In this document: in pieces, positions 21,837-29,162 of the stretch | Layout: the number at the start of each line of letters is the position of its first letter | Position numbering within the stretch: position 1 is the first letter of the stretch | NCBI GenBank assembly: GCA_963842815.1 | Contig: CAWJHU010000003.1 | Location: 27,683-91,682, forward strand | DNA length: 64,000 nt | Origin: Candidatus Nomurabacteria bacterium | GTDB lineage: Bacteria; Patescibacteriota; Minisyncoccia; Phycocordibacterales; UBA9973 | Reading direction: 5' to 3' | Notes under the pieces: generated by a model | The model's database searches: none | The model's input: only the letters and a program-made list of their open reading frames with translations | What the model was told of the DNA's origin: nothing | Translations under genes and position numbers: made by a program

Positions 21837-21864
21837 TCATTAAAAAATGTTATATTTTTCATAT

Positions 21865-21936
21865 GGCCCTATCGTCTAACGGTCAGGACGTATCCTTCTC
21901 AAGGATAAAATTCGGGTTCGATTCCCGGTAGGGCTA
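21865..21936 (+). tRNA. tRNA-Glu (anticodon CUC)
   Basis: GGCCCTATCGTCTAACGGTCAGGACGTATCCTTCTCAAGGATAAAATTCGGGTTCGATTCCCGGTAGGGCTA. Confidence 0.85.
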
Positions 21937-21937
21937 C

Positions 21938-21965
21938 TTGACATTTTCATTAAAAGGTGTATACT
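21938..21965 (+). promoter_or_regulatory. Sigma70-like promoter TTGACA-N16-TATACT
   Basis: Lies immediately after the tRNA-Glu 3' end. Confidence 0.5.
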
Positions 21966-22020
21966 TATATAGACTATAAAAAGTTGTTCATTCAAACAGA
22001 ATAATAAGAAAGGGATTCTT

Positions 22021-22164
22021 ATGTTTATGACAATATTAGAAGTTTTGCTAAGAATAATTTATTACATACTTGTTGCGCTATTTGTAATATCTTTAATTGC
22101 GGCACCTTTTGTGTATAAACACAGAAAAGAGTTGCAGCATTGGTATGAAATTCATTTTGAGTAG
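22021..22164 (+). CDS. Hypothetical 47-aa hydrophobic peptide
   Basis: MFMTILEVLLRIIYYILVALFVISLIAAPFVYKHRKELQHWYEIHFE; RBS AAGGGA; single TM segment. Confidence 0.35.
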   Translation: MFMTILEVLLRIIYYILVALFVISLIAAPFVYKHRKELQHWYEIHFE

Positions 22165-22177
22165 AAAGGAGAGAATC

Positions 22178-22318
22178 ATGAGAACTCCAACGCCAGCTCC
22201 ATACATATCTTCTTTAAAAAATTCTGGTAAATCTCACACAATACTCAAAATGTTATTGAGTATTGTGTGTATAGTTGTTGTAGGGATAATTTTTAGTATC
22301 ATCCTCACTAATCATTAA
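22178..22318 (+). CDS. Hypothetical 46-aa hydrophobic peptide
   Basis: MRTPTPAPYISSLKNSGKSHTILKMLLSIVCIVVVGIIFSIILTNH; RBS AAAGGAGAG 5 nt upstream; a terminator follows. Confidence 0.35.
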   Translation: MRTPTPAPYISSLKNSGKSHTILKMLLSIVCIVVVGIIFSIILTNH

Positions 22319-22345
22319 ACCCACCTCATTCCCTCTTCATCCAAA

Positions 22346-22379
22346 CTCGCCATGTCTTTGACCCTTGGCGAGTTTTTTT
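22346..22379 (+). terminator. Rho-independent terminator
   Basis: CTCGCCA...TGGCGAG stem plus a T7 run. Confidence 0.5.
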
Positions 22380-23673
22380 ATTTCTTATTCAACCACTCTT
22401 CATCCTGGCGGACCAGAAGTTCTGATTTTTTTTCTTTATCCCGCAAGATAGCTTCCACGGCGCGTTCCATGCGCATCCCTTGGGAACCTTTAATAAGTAC
22501 AAAGTCATTTTTTTGAATGAAAGTTTTTAAAAACTCCCCTGCCTCCCGTGAATCTAAAAATTTAAAAATACTTTTTATATCCATTCCGGTTTCCATGGCT
22601 CCTTCTTTTATTTTTTCCGCCCTGGGACCAACAATAATAAGCACATCGGCATTTTCTTTGGCAATTTTGCCGACATTATTGTGGGCCTCTTCCGTATGTC
22701 GGCCAAGCTCCAGCATATCGCCCAAAACAGCGATTTTTCTACCCGTAGATTTTAATTCTCCCAAAGTTTTCAAGGCAAATTCGCAGGCAAAAGGAGAGGA
22801 ATTATAGGTGTCGTCTATGATGAAAGAATTATTTATTCCTTTCAGAAGACGCATGCGTCCGGGTGGAACATTATAATTTTTGAGCCTGCCTATGGCATCA
22901 ATCATATTGAACTTCAAACCGGAAGAAAGAGCCAGCGCGCCAAGTGAGGCGTAAACATGATTTCTACCGAATACTCCTTCTATAACCACCGGCATACTTT
23001 TTCCAGCTTCATCTATCCTAAAAATCAGACCTTCCGGCACTCCGGTATCATTATATAAAATACTGTCGCCGGAACCTCTTAGATCGGAATCCTCTTTGAA
23101 ACCAAAAGTAACTACCCGATTTTTAGTTTTTTCTTTCATTCCGAGAACCGCCTCATCATCATTATTTAAAACCAAAAGCCCGTCTTTTTTCAAAGTTTTT
23201 ATCAATCCGCTTTTTTCCTCCACCAAATGTTTATGGGAATCAAAAAATTCAATGTGCACCGGAGTTTCTCCTATGGTTGTAATAATAACCACATCCGTTT
23301 TAAGCCAGGATGCAGTGGAACGCATATCCCCCGGTTTCCCGACACCCACTTCCAGCACAAGCCACTTGGGATATTTATGAGACCCCAGCACAAGCCAAAA
23401 TCCTTTCAAAATATTTAAAAGCCATACGTAAGGATTATTCCATCCATTGGGACATCCCAAGATGGTCAGAGGCAATCCTATTTCACTGTTATAACTTTTT
23501 TCACTTTTGCGAACATAGGAAATGCCGGAAATCACGGCATAAACCGCGTCCTTGGTAGAAGTTTTACCAACTGAACCGGTAATGGCAATAACTTTGGGTT
23601 TATATTTCCAAAGCACCAGCTGCGATTCTATCCGTAAAATATATGCTACTATTTTTTTAAAAGTTGTTTTCAT
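22378..23673 (-). CDS. murF: UDP-N-acetylmuramoyl-tripeptide--D-alanyl-D-alanine ligase
   Basis: Mur ligase P-loop ITGSVGKTSTKD; 431 aa. Confidence 0.85.
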   Translation of the reverse strand: MKTTFKKIVAYILRIESQLVLWKYKPKVIAITGSVGKTSTKDAVYAVISGISYVRKSEKSYNSEIGLPLTILGCPNGWNNPYVWLLNILKGFWLVLGSHKYPKWLVLEVGVGKPGDMRSTASWLKTDVVIITTIGETPVHIEFFDSHKHLVEEKSGLIKTLKKDGLLVLNNDDEAVLGMKEKTKNRVVTFGFKEDSDLRGSGDSILYNDTGVPEGLIFRIDEAGKSMPVVIEGVFGRNHVYASLGALALSSGLKFNMIDAIGRLKNYNVPPGRMRLLKGINNSFIIDDTYNSSPFACEFALKTLGELKSTGRKIAVLGDMLELGRHTEEAHNNVGKIAKENADVLIIVGPRAEKIKEGAMETGMDIKSIFKFLDSREAGEFLKTFIQKNDFVLIKGSQGMRMERAVEAILRDKEKKSELLVRQDEEWLNKK

Positions 23674-23728
23674 TAATTTTATCTATCCGGCGGAATTTCA
23701 TAATAATTGATTAAAAAATTTGTAATGC

Positions 23729-25341
23729 TCAAAAAAGAATCCCCCAGGTCTGAATGGCATAGGGCACGCCCTTGGGGTTGACTGCATAAAGAAAAATAAT
23801 AAATTTCGGGTCATAGGCGGGAAAATATCCCATAAAAGAATGAGTATGCCTGTCTTCATAATAACCTCCATTCACGTTGTCCGCAACTTGCGCTGTGCCG
23901 GTTTTTGCCGCCACGCTATAATGTTCTAAATTTTTACTACCAATTATTCCTCCGAGATTCTTATCCATCGGCATTCACCAACATTCGAGTAATTTCTTCC
24001 GCAGTCACCTTGGATATTTTTGTAGGTTTTGTTTGATAGGTTAAATCTTTTTCCGTGCCATCGTCATATTTTATTCCTTTGACAATATGTGGAGTAACTA
24101 AATTTCCGCCGGTGGACAGGGAGGAAAGCGCCCGAATCAATTCAATGGGAGTTAGAGCAATACCTTGGCCGAAAGCGGCATTGGCATATTCAATTTCTCG
24201 GGGACTATTTAATAATGTTGGAAACCAATCCGCTGGTCTCATTGGGCAAATCAATTCCCGTTTTATCTTTAATGCCATATCCAAGCAAATAATCGCGTAA
24301 TTTTTCTTTACCTAGTTGTTGTTCCACAAAAACCATTCCAGTGTTGAGAGATTGGGTCAGAACATCCTGCATGGTCGTTCCCGGACCTCTGCCTTTTTTA
24401 TCAAAATTGAATATTTGGTGTTTTTCAATGGTAACTTCTCCTTTGTCGTTATAGGTGGTGTCCGCCGTTACCACTCCCGCATCCAGCGCCCCGGCCATAA
24501 CCAGAGGTTTGACCACAGACCCGAATTCAAAAACATTTTCCACCAGAGGATTGGAAAAAGTGGAAGTAGTTTTAACCTGAGAAAAATTATTTAAATCAAA
24601 ATCGGGTTTAGTGCTAAGCGCATAAATGGAACCATCCTGGGGGTTCATAATTATTCCGCCCAGGGAATCAACTTGGTATTTTTCCTTCACATTGTCCAAA
24701 GTTTTTTCCAAAAAACTTTGGACGGATGGCTCAATGGTAGTTACCACATCTCCCTCCAAAGAATTGTCGCTAAACAAAGTTTTATCAACATTGGAAAAAA
24801 CTTCAGCAAAGAAATTTATATAGGGATTGTCCTTGTTTCTGGAAAGCACATCATTGTATTGCCTTTCAAGACCATAGCGCCCGCCTAAATCATTTCCTTT
24901 ATATCCCACAAAACCCAACGACTGGGAAGCAAGATTTCCTCCGGGATAAAATCGCCATTTTTCTTTATAAATGGATAAACCGGGAATTTTAAAAACAGAG
25001 ATGGCGTCTGCTTGTTCTTTGCTTAAACGATGCGCCACTTCCTCATAGGTATCATTTTCTTTTTCCACCTGAGCCATAAAACCATCGTGGTCTAAGGTTA
25101 TTACGCTTGATAATTCTTGATAAACAGATTCCTTGTCCACAATCTTGGTAGGATTAATGGCCACCTTAAATCCGGTGGTTTGCATGGCGGCAGAAACAAG
25201 CTGGTCGTCTTTGCTTGAAAAATAAATGGTACCCCGTTCAAAGATATTGGAGGAAGGCGTAGAATATTGTCTGTCCGCCCGCTCCGAATAATCGCTGCTT
25301 TGCACCACCTGCACCAAAAAAAGTTTGCTTATCAAAATCAA
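23729..25341 (-). CDS. ftsI: Penicillin-binding protein (FtsI/PBP2-type transpeptidase), split by two frameshifts (pieces 24205-25341, 23961-24284, 23729-23974)
   Basis: N-terminal dimerisation domain; SxxK (SVVKP), SxN (SLN) and KTG (KTGTAQV) motifs are spread over three frames in transpeptidase order. Confidence 0.7.
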
Positions 25342-25414
25342 AGCAAAAATTGAGACACAAAAAAATAATTATTCTAGTTCTAAAAATAAAACTATATTTC
25401 ATTTTTAGCAATGT

Positions 25415-25744
25415 TTATACTGCCAAGAGCTTTACGGGTGGCAAATGTTGCTTTTGTTTCTTTAAAACCGAGAGAGTGTGCGAGATCAAGTCCACCTTTT
25501 GGGACAGAGAAAGATATTCCAGTTCCAAACTTCCCACATCATTTGATAGGGTAAGAGCCCGTGTTTCAAGGGTCCTGCGTCCTATAATATTGAAGACCAT
25601 ATTCCCCAAAAGAAAGACATAAAGAAGAGCCAGAGTCCCCAGGGTCCAAAGCATAATGTTTAAAATTCGCTTCTGTAAATTGCCGTTATCAACGATATTT
25701 ACATTGCTTGCGTAACTTTTTAGTTTTAAACTTGCTTGTTTCAT
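25415..25744 (-). CDS. ftsL: Cell division protein FtsL-like
   Basis: 109 aa bitopic protein (cytoplasmic N-terminus, TM, periplasmic coiled coil) located between rsmH and ftsI. Confidence 0.5.
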   Translation of the reverse strand: MKQASLKLKSYASNVNIVDNGNLQKRILNIMLWTLGTLALLYVFLLGNMVFNIIGRRTLETRALTLSNDVGSLELEYLSLSQKVDLISHTLSVLKKQKQHLPPVKLLAV

Positions 25745-26640
25745 ATAATTTTTTCTAAAATTCTCAATTTTGCGCTTCGGGCTCTTGGATTATTTTTTAT
25801 TTCCTCATCTTTGGCTATTATTGGTTTTTTGTTTATCAAAATCGCCTTGCCTTCTTTTTGTTTTTCCTTATAAAATCTTTTGACTATTCTGTCTTCCAGG
25901 CTATGAAAGGAAATCACCGCCAGCCTTCCATTCTTATTTAAAATTTCAAATCCTTTTTTTAATCCTGCTTCCAATGCTCCTAATTCATCATTCACCGCTA
26001 TTCGCAATGCTTGAAAAGTTTTGGTGGCGCAGTGTATTCTCCCTCTTTTGTATGCGCCCGGTACGCTTTCCTCTATCACTTTTACCAAATCTTTCGTCGT
26101 TTCAATTTTTCCCTTTTTTCTCGCTTCCACTATCCCCTTCGCTATTCTTCTGCTAAACCTTTCTCCGCCATAACCGTAAATGATATCCGCCAAACTTTTC
26201 TCGCTCCAAGTGTTTACGATATCCGTGGCCGTCAGGTCTTCTGGCAGAGGATTTTCTTTCATGGTCATAAGCAACGGCTCATCTTTCATAAAAGAAAATC
26301 CTCGTCCGGAATTTTCCAATTGGTCAGAACTCAAACCCAAATCAAAAATGATTGCATCTACTTTTTCTTCACTATCTAAATCCCTGAAATTTTTATTTAC
26401 AAAGAAAATTCTTTTCTCAAAGCCCTTGAATTTACTTTTTGCTTTTTCCCAAACGCTTTTGTCCTGGTCCAGCGCGATTATCTTTATCTTCGGATATCTT
26501 TCTAAAATTTCCCTGCTGTGTCCCCCGCCGCCGAATGTGGCGTCCAGCACGATGGATTTATTTTCTAAATTCAAACTTTCTATTGTTTCATTTAAAAGAA
26601 CTGTCCTGTGTACGCTTTCCATCTTATTTCTTATTCCCAA
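25741..26640 (-). CDS. rsmH: 16S rRNA (cytosine1402-N4)-methyltransferase RsmH (MraW)
   Basis: DATFGGGGHS SAM-binding motif; canonical position after mraZ. Confidence 0.9.
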   Translation of the reverse strand: MGIRNKMESVHRTVLLNETIESLNLENKSIVLDATFGGGGHSREILERYPKIKIIALDQDKSVWEKAKSKFKGFEKRIFFVNKNFRDLDSEEKVDAIIFDLGLSSDQLENSGRGFSFMKDEPLLMTMKENPLPEDLTATDIVNTWSEKSLADIIYGYGGERFSRRIAKGIVEARKKGKIETTKDLVKVIEESVPGAYKRGRIHCATKTFQALRIAVNDELGALEAGLKKGFEILNKNGRLAVISFHSLEDRIVKRFYKEKQKEGKAILINKKPIIAKDEEIKNNPRARSAKLRILEKII

Positions 26641-27064
26641 GATTTTCTGCTAATTGGTCTGCCTGTTTTTCCACCACTTCTCTGTACTGCAACCATGTCT
26701 TGTCATTCCAAACTTCCACTCTGTCCTCCACTCCGATGATGGCTGCTGAATTCTTTAATCCGATTCTTTCTTTCAAAAAATCAGGAATTAAAATTCTTCC
26801 GATGGCGTCCACTTCCACTTCCGCCGCCCGGCCGAACATAAATCTGTTGAAACTTCTTTTGTCCGCTTTTAGAAAAGAAAGGTCTGTATCCGAATCGGAA
26901 AGTCTTTTGGAAACTTTTTGCCATTCAGCCGTTGTGAAAATGAACAAGCATTGGTCCAATCCGGGTGTGATAATAATTTTCTTTCCGAGTTCCTTGCGAA
27001 ATTTTACCGGCAACGAAATTCTATTTTTTATATCTATTGTGTGTATATATTCGCCGATGAGCAT
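26624..27064 (-). CDS. mraZ: Transcriptional regulator MraZ
   Basis: Duplicated MraZ/SpoVT-AbrB fold (GEYIHTIDIKNRISLP ... GRILIPDFLKE). Confidence 0.9.
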   Translation of the reverse strand: MLIGEYIHTIDIKNRISLPVKFRKELGKKIIITPGLDQCLFIFTTAEWQKVSKRLSDSDTDLSFLKADKRSFNRFMFGRAAEVEVDAIGRILIPDFLKERIGLKNSAAIIGVEDRVEVWNDKTWLQYREVVEKQADQLAENLGNKK

Positions 27065-27083
27065 AAAATTTCACTAAAATTAT

Positions 27084-27143
27084 TTATCCACCTGTTTCCC
27101 ACCTTTTCCCACTTGATATACATTGTAAACCACTACTTCCCAC
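27084..27143 (-). promoter_or_regulatory. mraZ promoter region with three GTGGGAA direct repeats (putative MraZ operator) and a DnaA-box-like TTATCCACC
   Basis: TTCCCAC at 27096-27102, 27106-27112 (10 bp phasing) and 27137-27143 on the plus strand, which reads GTGGGAA in the mraZ orientation. TTATCCACC at 27084-27092. Confidence 0.5.
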
Positions 27144-27158
27144 AGCGCAAAGTCCAAG

Positions 27159-27196
27159 CTGTGGATAACTCGAAACTGAAAAACATTGACTTTTTT
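27159..27196. repeat. 38-bp direct repeat, copy 1 (CTGTGGATAACTCGAAACTGAAAAACATTGACTTTTTT), contains a perfect DnaA box and a -35 hexamer
   Basis: Exact 38/38 match to 28412-28449. TGTGGATAA is the complement of the TTATCCACA consensus, and TTGACT is a -35 element. Confidence 0.85.
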
Positions 27197-27214
27197 GATA
27201 AGTGGTATATACTC
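27187..27214 (+). promoter_or_regulatory. Sigma70-like promoter TTGACT-N16-TATACT
   Basis: The -35 hexamer lies inside repeat copy 1. Confidence 0.5.
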
Positions 27215-27220
27215 CTATTT

Positions 27221-27400
27221 AGGAATTGTTCCTTCTGGATACACAGAAGATCCCACGACTCGTAACAGCGTGGACGTGTCCAATCAAATTTTGTTGGTTG
27301 TTATTGAATCTCCTTGGTTTGCAAGCTAAAGAGAATAGGCAATTCCGAGATCGGGTCCCACCACGCTGACGTTGTAAGATGCGTAGGGTGGGACTTTTTA
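27221..27400 (+). ncRNA. Candidate structured small RNA (about 175 nt) of unknown class
   Basis: Promoter to intrinsic terminator (GTCCCACCACGC...GCGTAGGGTGGGAC plus a T-run) with no ORF. There is a closing helix CCUAUU/AAUAGG and internal hairpins GGAAUUGUUCC, UUCUG-CAGAA and CCACG-CGUGG. Confidence 0.35.
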
Positions 27401-27567
27401 TTTCATTGACTTTTTAAAAAATAATGTAAATCTATTAGTAGATAGCTCTTCTTGGATTTTACTCTTCTGGTGTATACACCGGTTTATGTGTACCGAAAGC
27501 AAATATCGGGCATAAGAGACAAGCATTAAAAAATTCAAGTTGCTTAGCGACTCCAAAGGACTCCATA

Positions 27568-27600
27568 TCACCAATTGGTGGAGCCCTTTTTTATTTTCAA
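27568..27600. terminator. Palindromic hairpin terminator downstream of the hicA-like gene
   Basis: CTCCATATCACCAATTGGTGGAGCCC followed by TTTTTTATTTT. Confidence 0.4.
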
Positions 27601-27640
27601 TTTTTTATTACACGCTTAAGAATGTTTATGAAACCGTGTC

Positions 27641-27967
27641 TTATTTTAACATTCCTAATGCTTTCCAAACTTGGTCTTCTGTGAATCCAAACTTAAGAAA
27701 TCTTTTAAAAGCCTTTTGGTTTACTTGATTTGACATACCTTCATAAACAGTAATTACAAGACCATTTATATTTTCAATTGGAATTGAGGGTACTCTTATA
27801 CTATAGCAATGAGAAGTACCACCACTTGGTGATGTTATGAGCAGATTTAGATTTTCGGCTACTTTAAGCCAATCCTTAGCTTTTATTTTCCCTAAGGTTT
27901 TATATAATTCTTTTCTTTTTATACGCTCCTCAGACATACAATGCCTTAAAGGAAGGCATAGATTCAT
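27641..27967 (-). CDS. HicA-like toxin candidate (108 aa, longer than typical)
   Basis: KDWLKVAENLNLLITSPSGGTSHCYSI resembles the HicA dsRBD-like core (W-L...G..H). It overlaps the upstream hicB-like ORF by 38 nt. Confidence 0.35.
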   Translation of the reverse strand: MNLCLPLRHCMSEERIKRKELYKTLGKIKAKDWLKVAENLNLLITSPSGGTSHCYSIRVPSIPIENINGLVITVYEGMSNQVNQKAFKRFLKFGFTEDQVWKALGMLK

Positions 27968-28271
27968 TTCTAATTATATCTTTTGAAGGTATTTTTGAAG
28001 AAATATTGAATGCACAATGAACTACATCTCTTATTCTTTCTTCTATTAATTCAATAGATGGGATTTTTTCAGAACCACCAATAATTATTGCAGGAAATTC
28101 GTTACATTCTGCAAACCAGCCATCTTCTTCCTTGTCATGAACTAGAAAATGTAATGTCCCCCCTACACTCGCAACAATCTTGTCAAAATTTTCCACCGCA
28201 TCTAAAGAGTCAGGGATTCTACCGCCCATTAATGAAGCCCTTTTAAAATTTTCTTCTGGTATATTTTTCAT
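27930..28271 (-). CDS. HicB-like antitoxin candidate (RNase H-like fold, UPF0150 pattern)
   Basis: LHFLVHDKEEDGWFAECNEFPAIIIGGSEKIPSIELIEERIRDVVHC matches the HicB N-domain pattern [v]ekdedGg[fy]...pdlpgc...g.t.eEa..n..eai. Confidence 0.45.
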   Translation of the reverse strand: MKNIPEENFKRASLMGGRIPDSLDAVENFDKIVASVGGTLHFLVHDKEEDGWFAECNEFPAIIIGGSEKIPSIELIEERIRDVVHCAFNISSKIPSKDIIRNESMPSFKALYV

Positions 28272-28411
28272 ATATTTATTATATCACACATATATCGCCG
28301 ATAGACGATTATTGTGTAAAATTACGTTAATATTTACGTATTTACTATACTACTTATTATACACTAAAAGTCAATGAATATCAGTTTTTCCGTTATGTTA
28401 TGAAGGGTCAT

Positions 28412-28449
28412 CTGTGGATAACTCGAAACTGAAAAACATTGACTTTTTT
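28412..28449. repeat. 38-bp direct repeat, copy 2 (perfect DnaA box plus -35)
   Basis: Identical to 27159-27196. It lies in the divergent region between the hicB-like gene (minus) and the zinc-ribbon ORF (plus). Confidence 0.85.
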
Positions 28450-28513
28450 ATGAATTTTATGTTAAATTAAAAGAGAAGAGAAAAGATTCATTCACAAAAA
28501 AAGGAAAAATATC

Positions 28514-28831
28514 ATGAAAGATTTTATCGTCATTCAATTTTTGGAGGATAGGACTCCTAAACTTCATGAAATTGTAGAGATATATATCAGCAAAAACATA
28601 GGTAGTAACCCTGCACCAGAATTGTATGAATGTGGGAATGAAAGAATTGGAAGAATTTCATGTAAATCATCAAAATTCATATTTTCTGGAACTTCTGATG
28701 GTAGACATGAATATTTTGAATTACTTTGTGTGGAGTGCGGACAAATAGTTTCGTTTCCAACCTCAGGGAAAACAGAAGCAGGTGATTTTTACTGGAAACC
28801 CATTTCATCTTTTAAAAAGAAGAAACAATAG
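28514..28831 (+). CDS. Hypothetical zinc-ribbon protein (105 aa, 4 Cys)
   Basis: YECGNE...ISC...CVECG; RBS AAAGGAAAAA; terminator hairpin at 28874-28903. Confidence 0.4.
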   Translation: MKDFIVIQFLEDRTPKLHEIVEIYISKNIGSNPAPELYECGNERIGRISCKSSKFIFSGTSDGRHEYFELLCVECGQIVSFPTSGKTEAGDFYWKPISSFKKKKQ

Positions 28832-28873
28832 TAACTTCATTCCTGAAATAAAACATGCGCCGAAGAAATGCAA

Positions 28874-28903
28874 AAAGCTCTCAATTCACGAGGGCTTTTT
28901 TAT
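28874..28903 (+). terminator. Rho-independent terminator
   Basis: AAGCTCTC...GAGGGCTT plus a T-run. Confidence 0.45.
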
Positions 28904-29114
28904 TTAAGTTGACTTTTATAAAAAGGAGGATTAATCTTAGAAGTAGGAGTTGTTCTTTTAGCTTTGTTTCTCTACCTGCAACTTTATGTGCCCGTAGTAG
29001 CACATATAAATCTTCAAAGAGGTAGAATTTAAAGAGCTCTTCATCTCGTCATTATTTGGTTTAGGCGAGAAGTTTTAAGTGATATGTTTTATGTTTGCTG
29101 TTATTTGGCCCCCT

Positions 29115-29153
29115 TCCCCCTCTACAATACACTGTAGAGGGGTTTTATTTTTT
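29115..29153 (+). terminator. Rho-independent terminator (CCCCTCTAC...GTAGAGGGG plus T-run) closing a short plus-strand unit
   Basis: 9 bp perfect stem followed by TTTTATTTTTT. Confidence 0.5.
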
Positions 29154-29162
29154 GAGAAATTT

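Noticed and set aside
27084-28449. Possible chromosomal replication origin (cluster of DnaA boxes, AT-rich)
   Set aside because: There are only two perfect boxes, both inside a duplicated 38-mer, plus one 8/9 box. No dnaA or dnaN gene is adjacent, and the flanking genes are not divergently oriented here. Strand polarity actually switches near 31.2 kb and 43.9 kb.
27159-28449. CRISPR array
   Set aside because: There are only two repeat copies separated by 1.2 kb of gene-containing sequence. The spacing is not regular and there are no cas genes.
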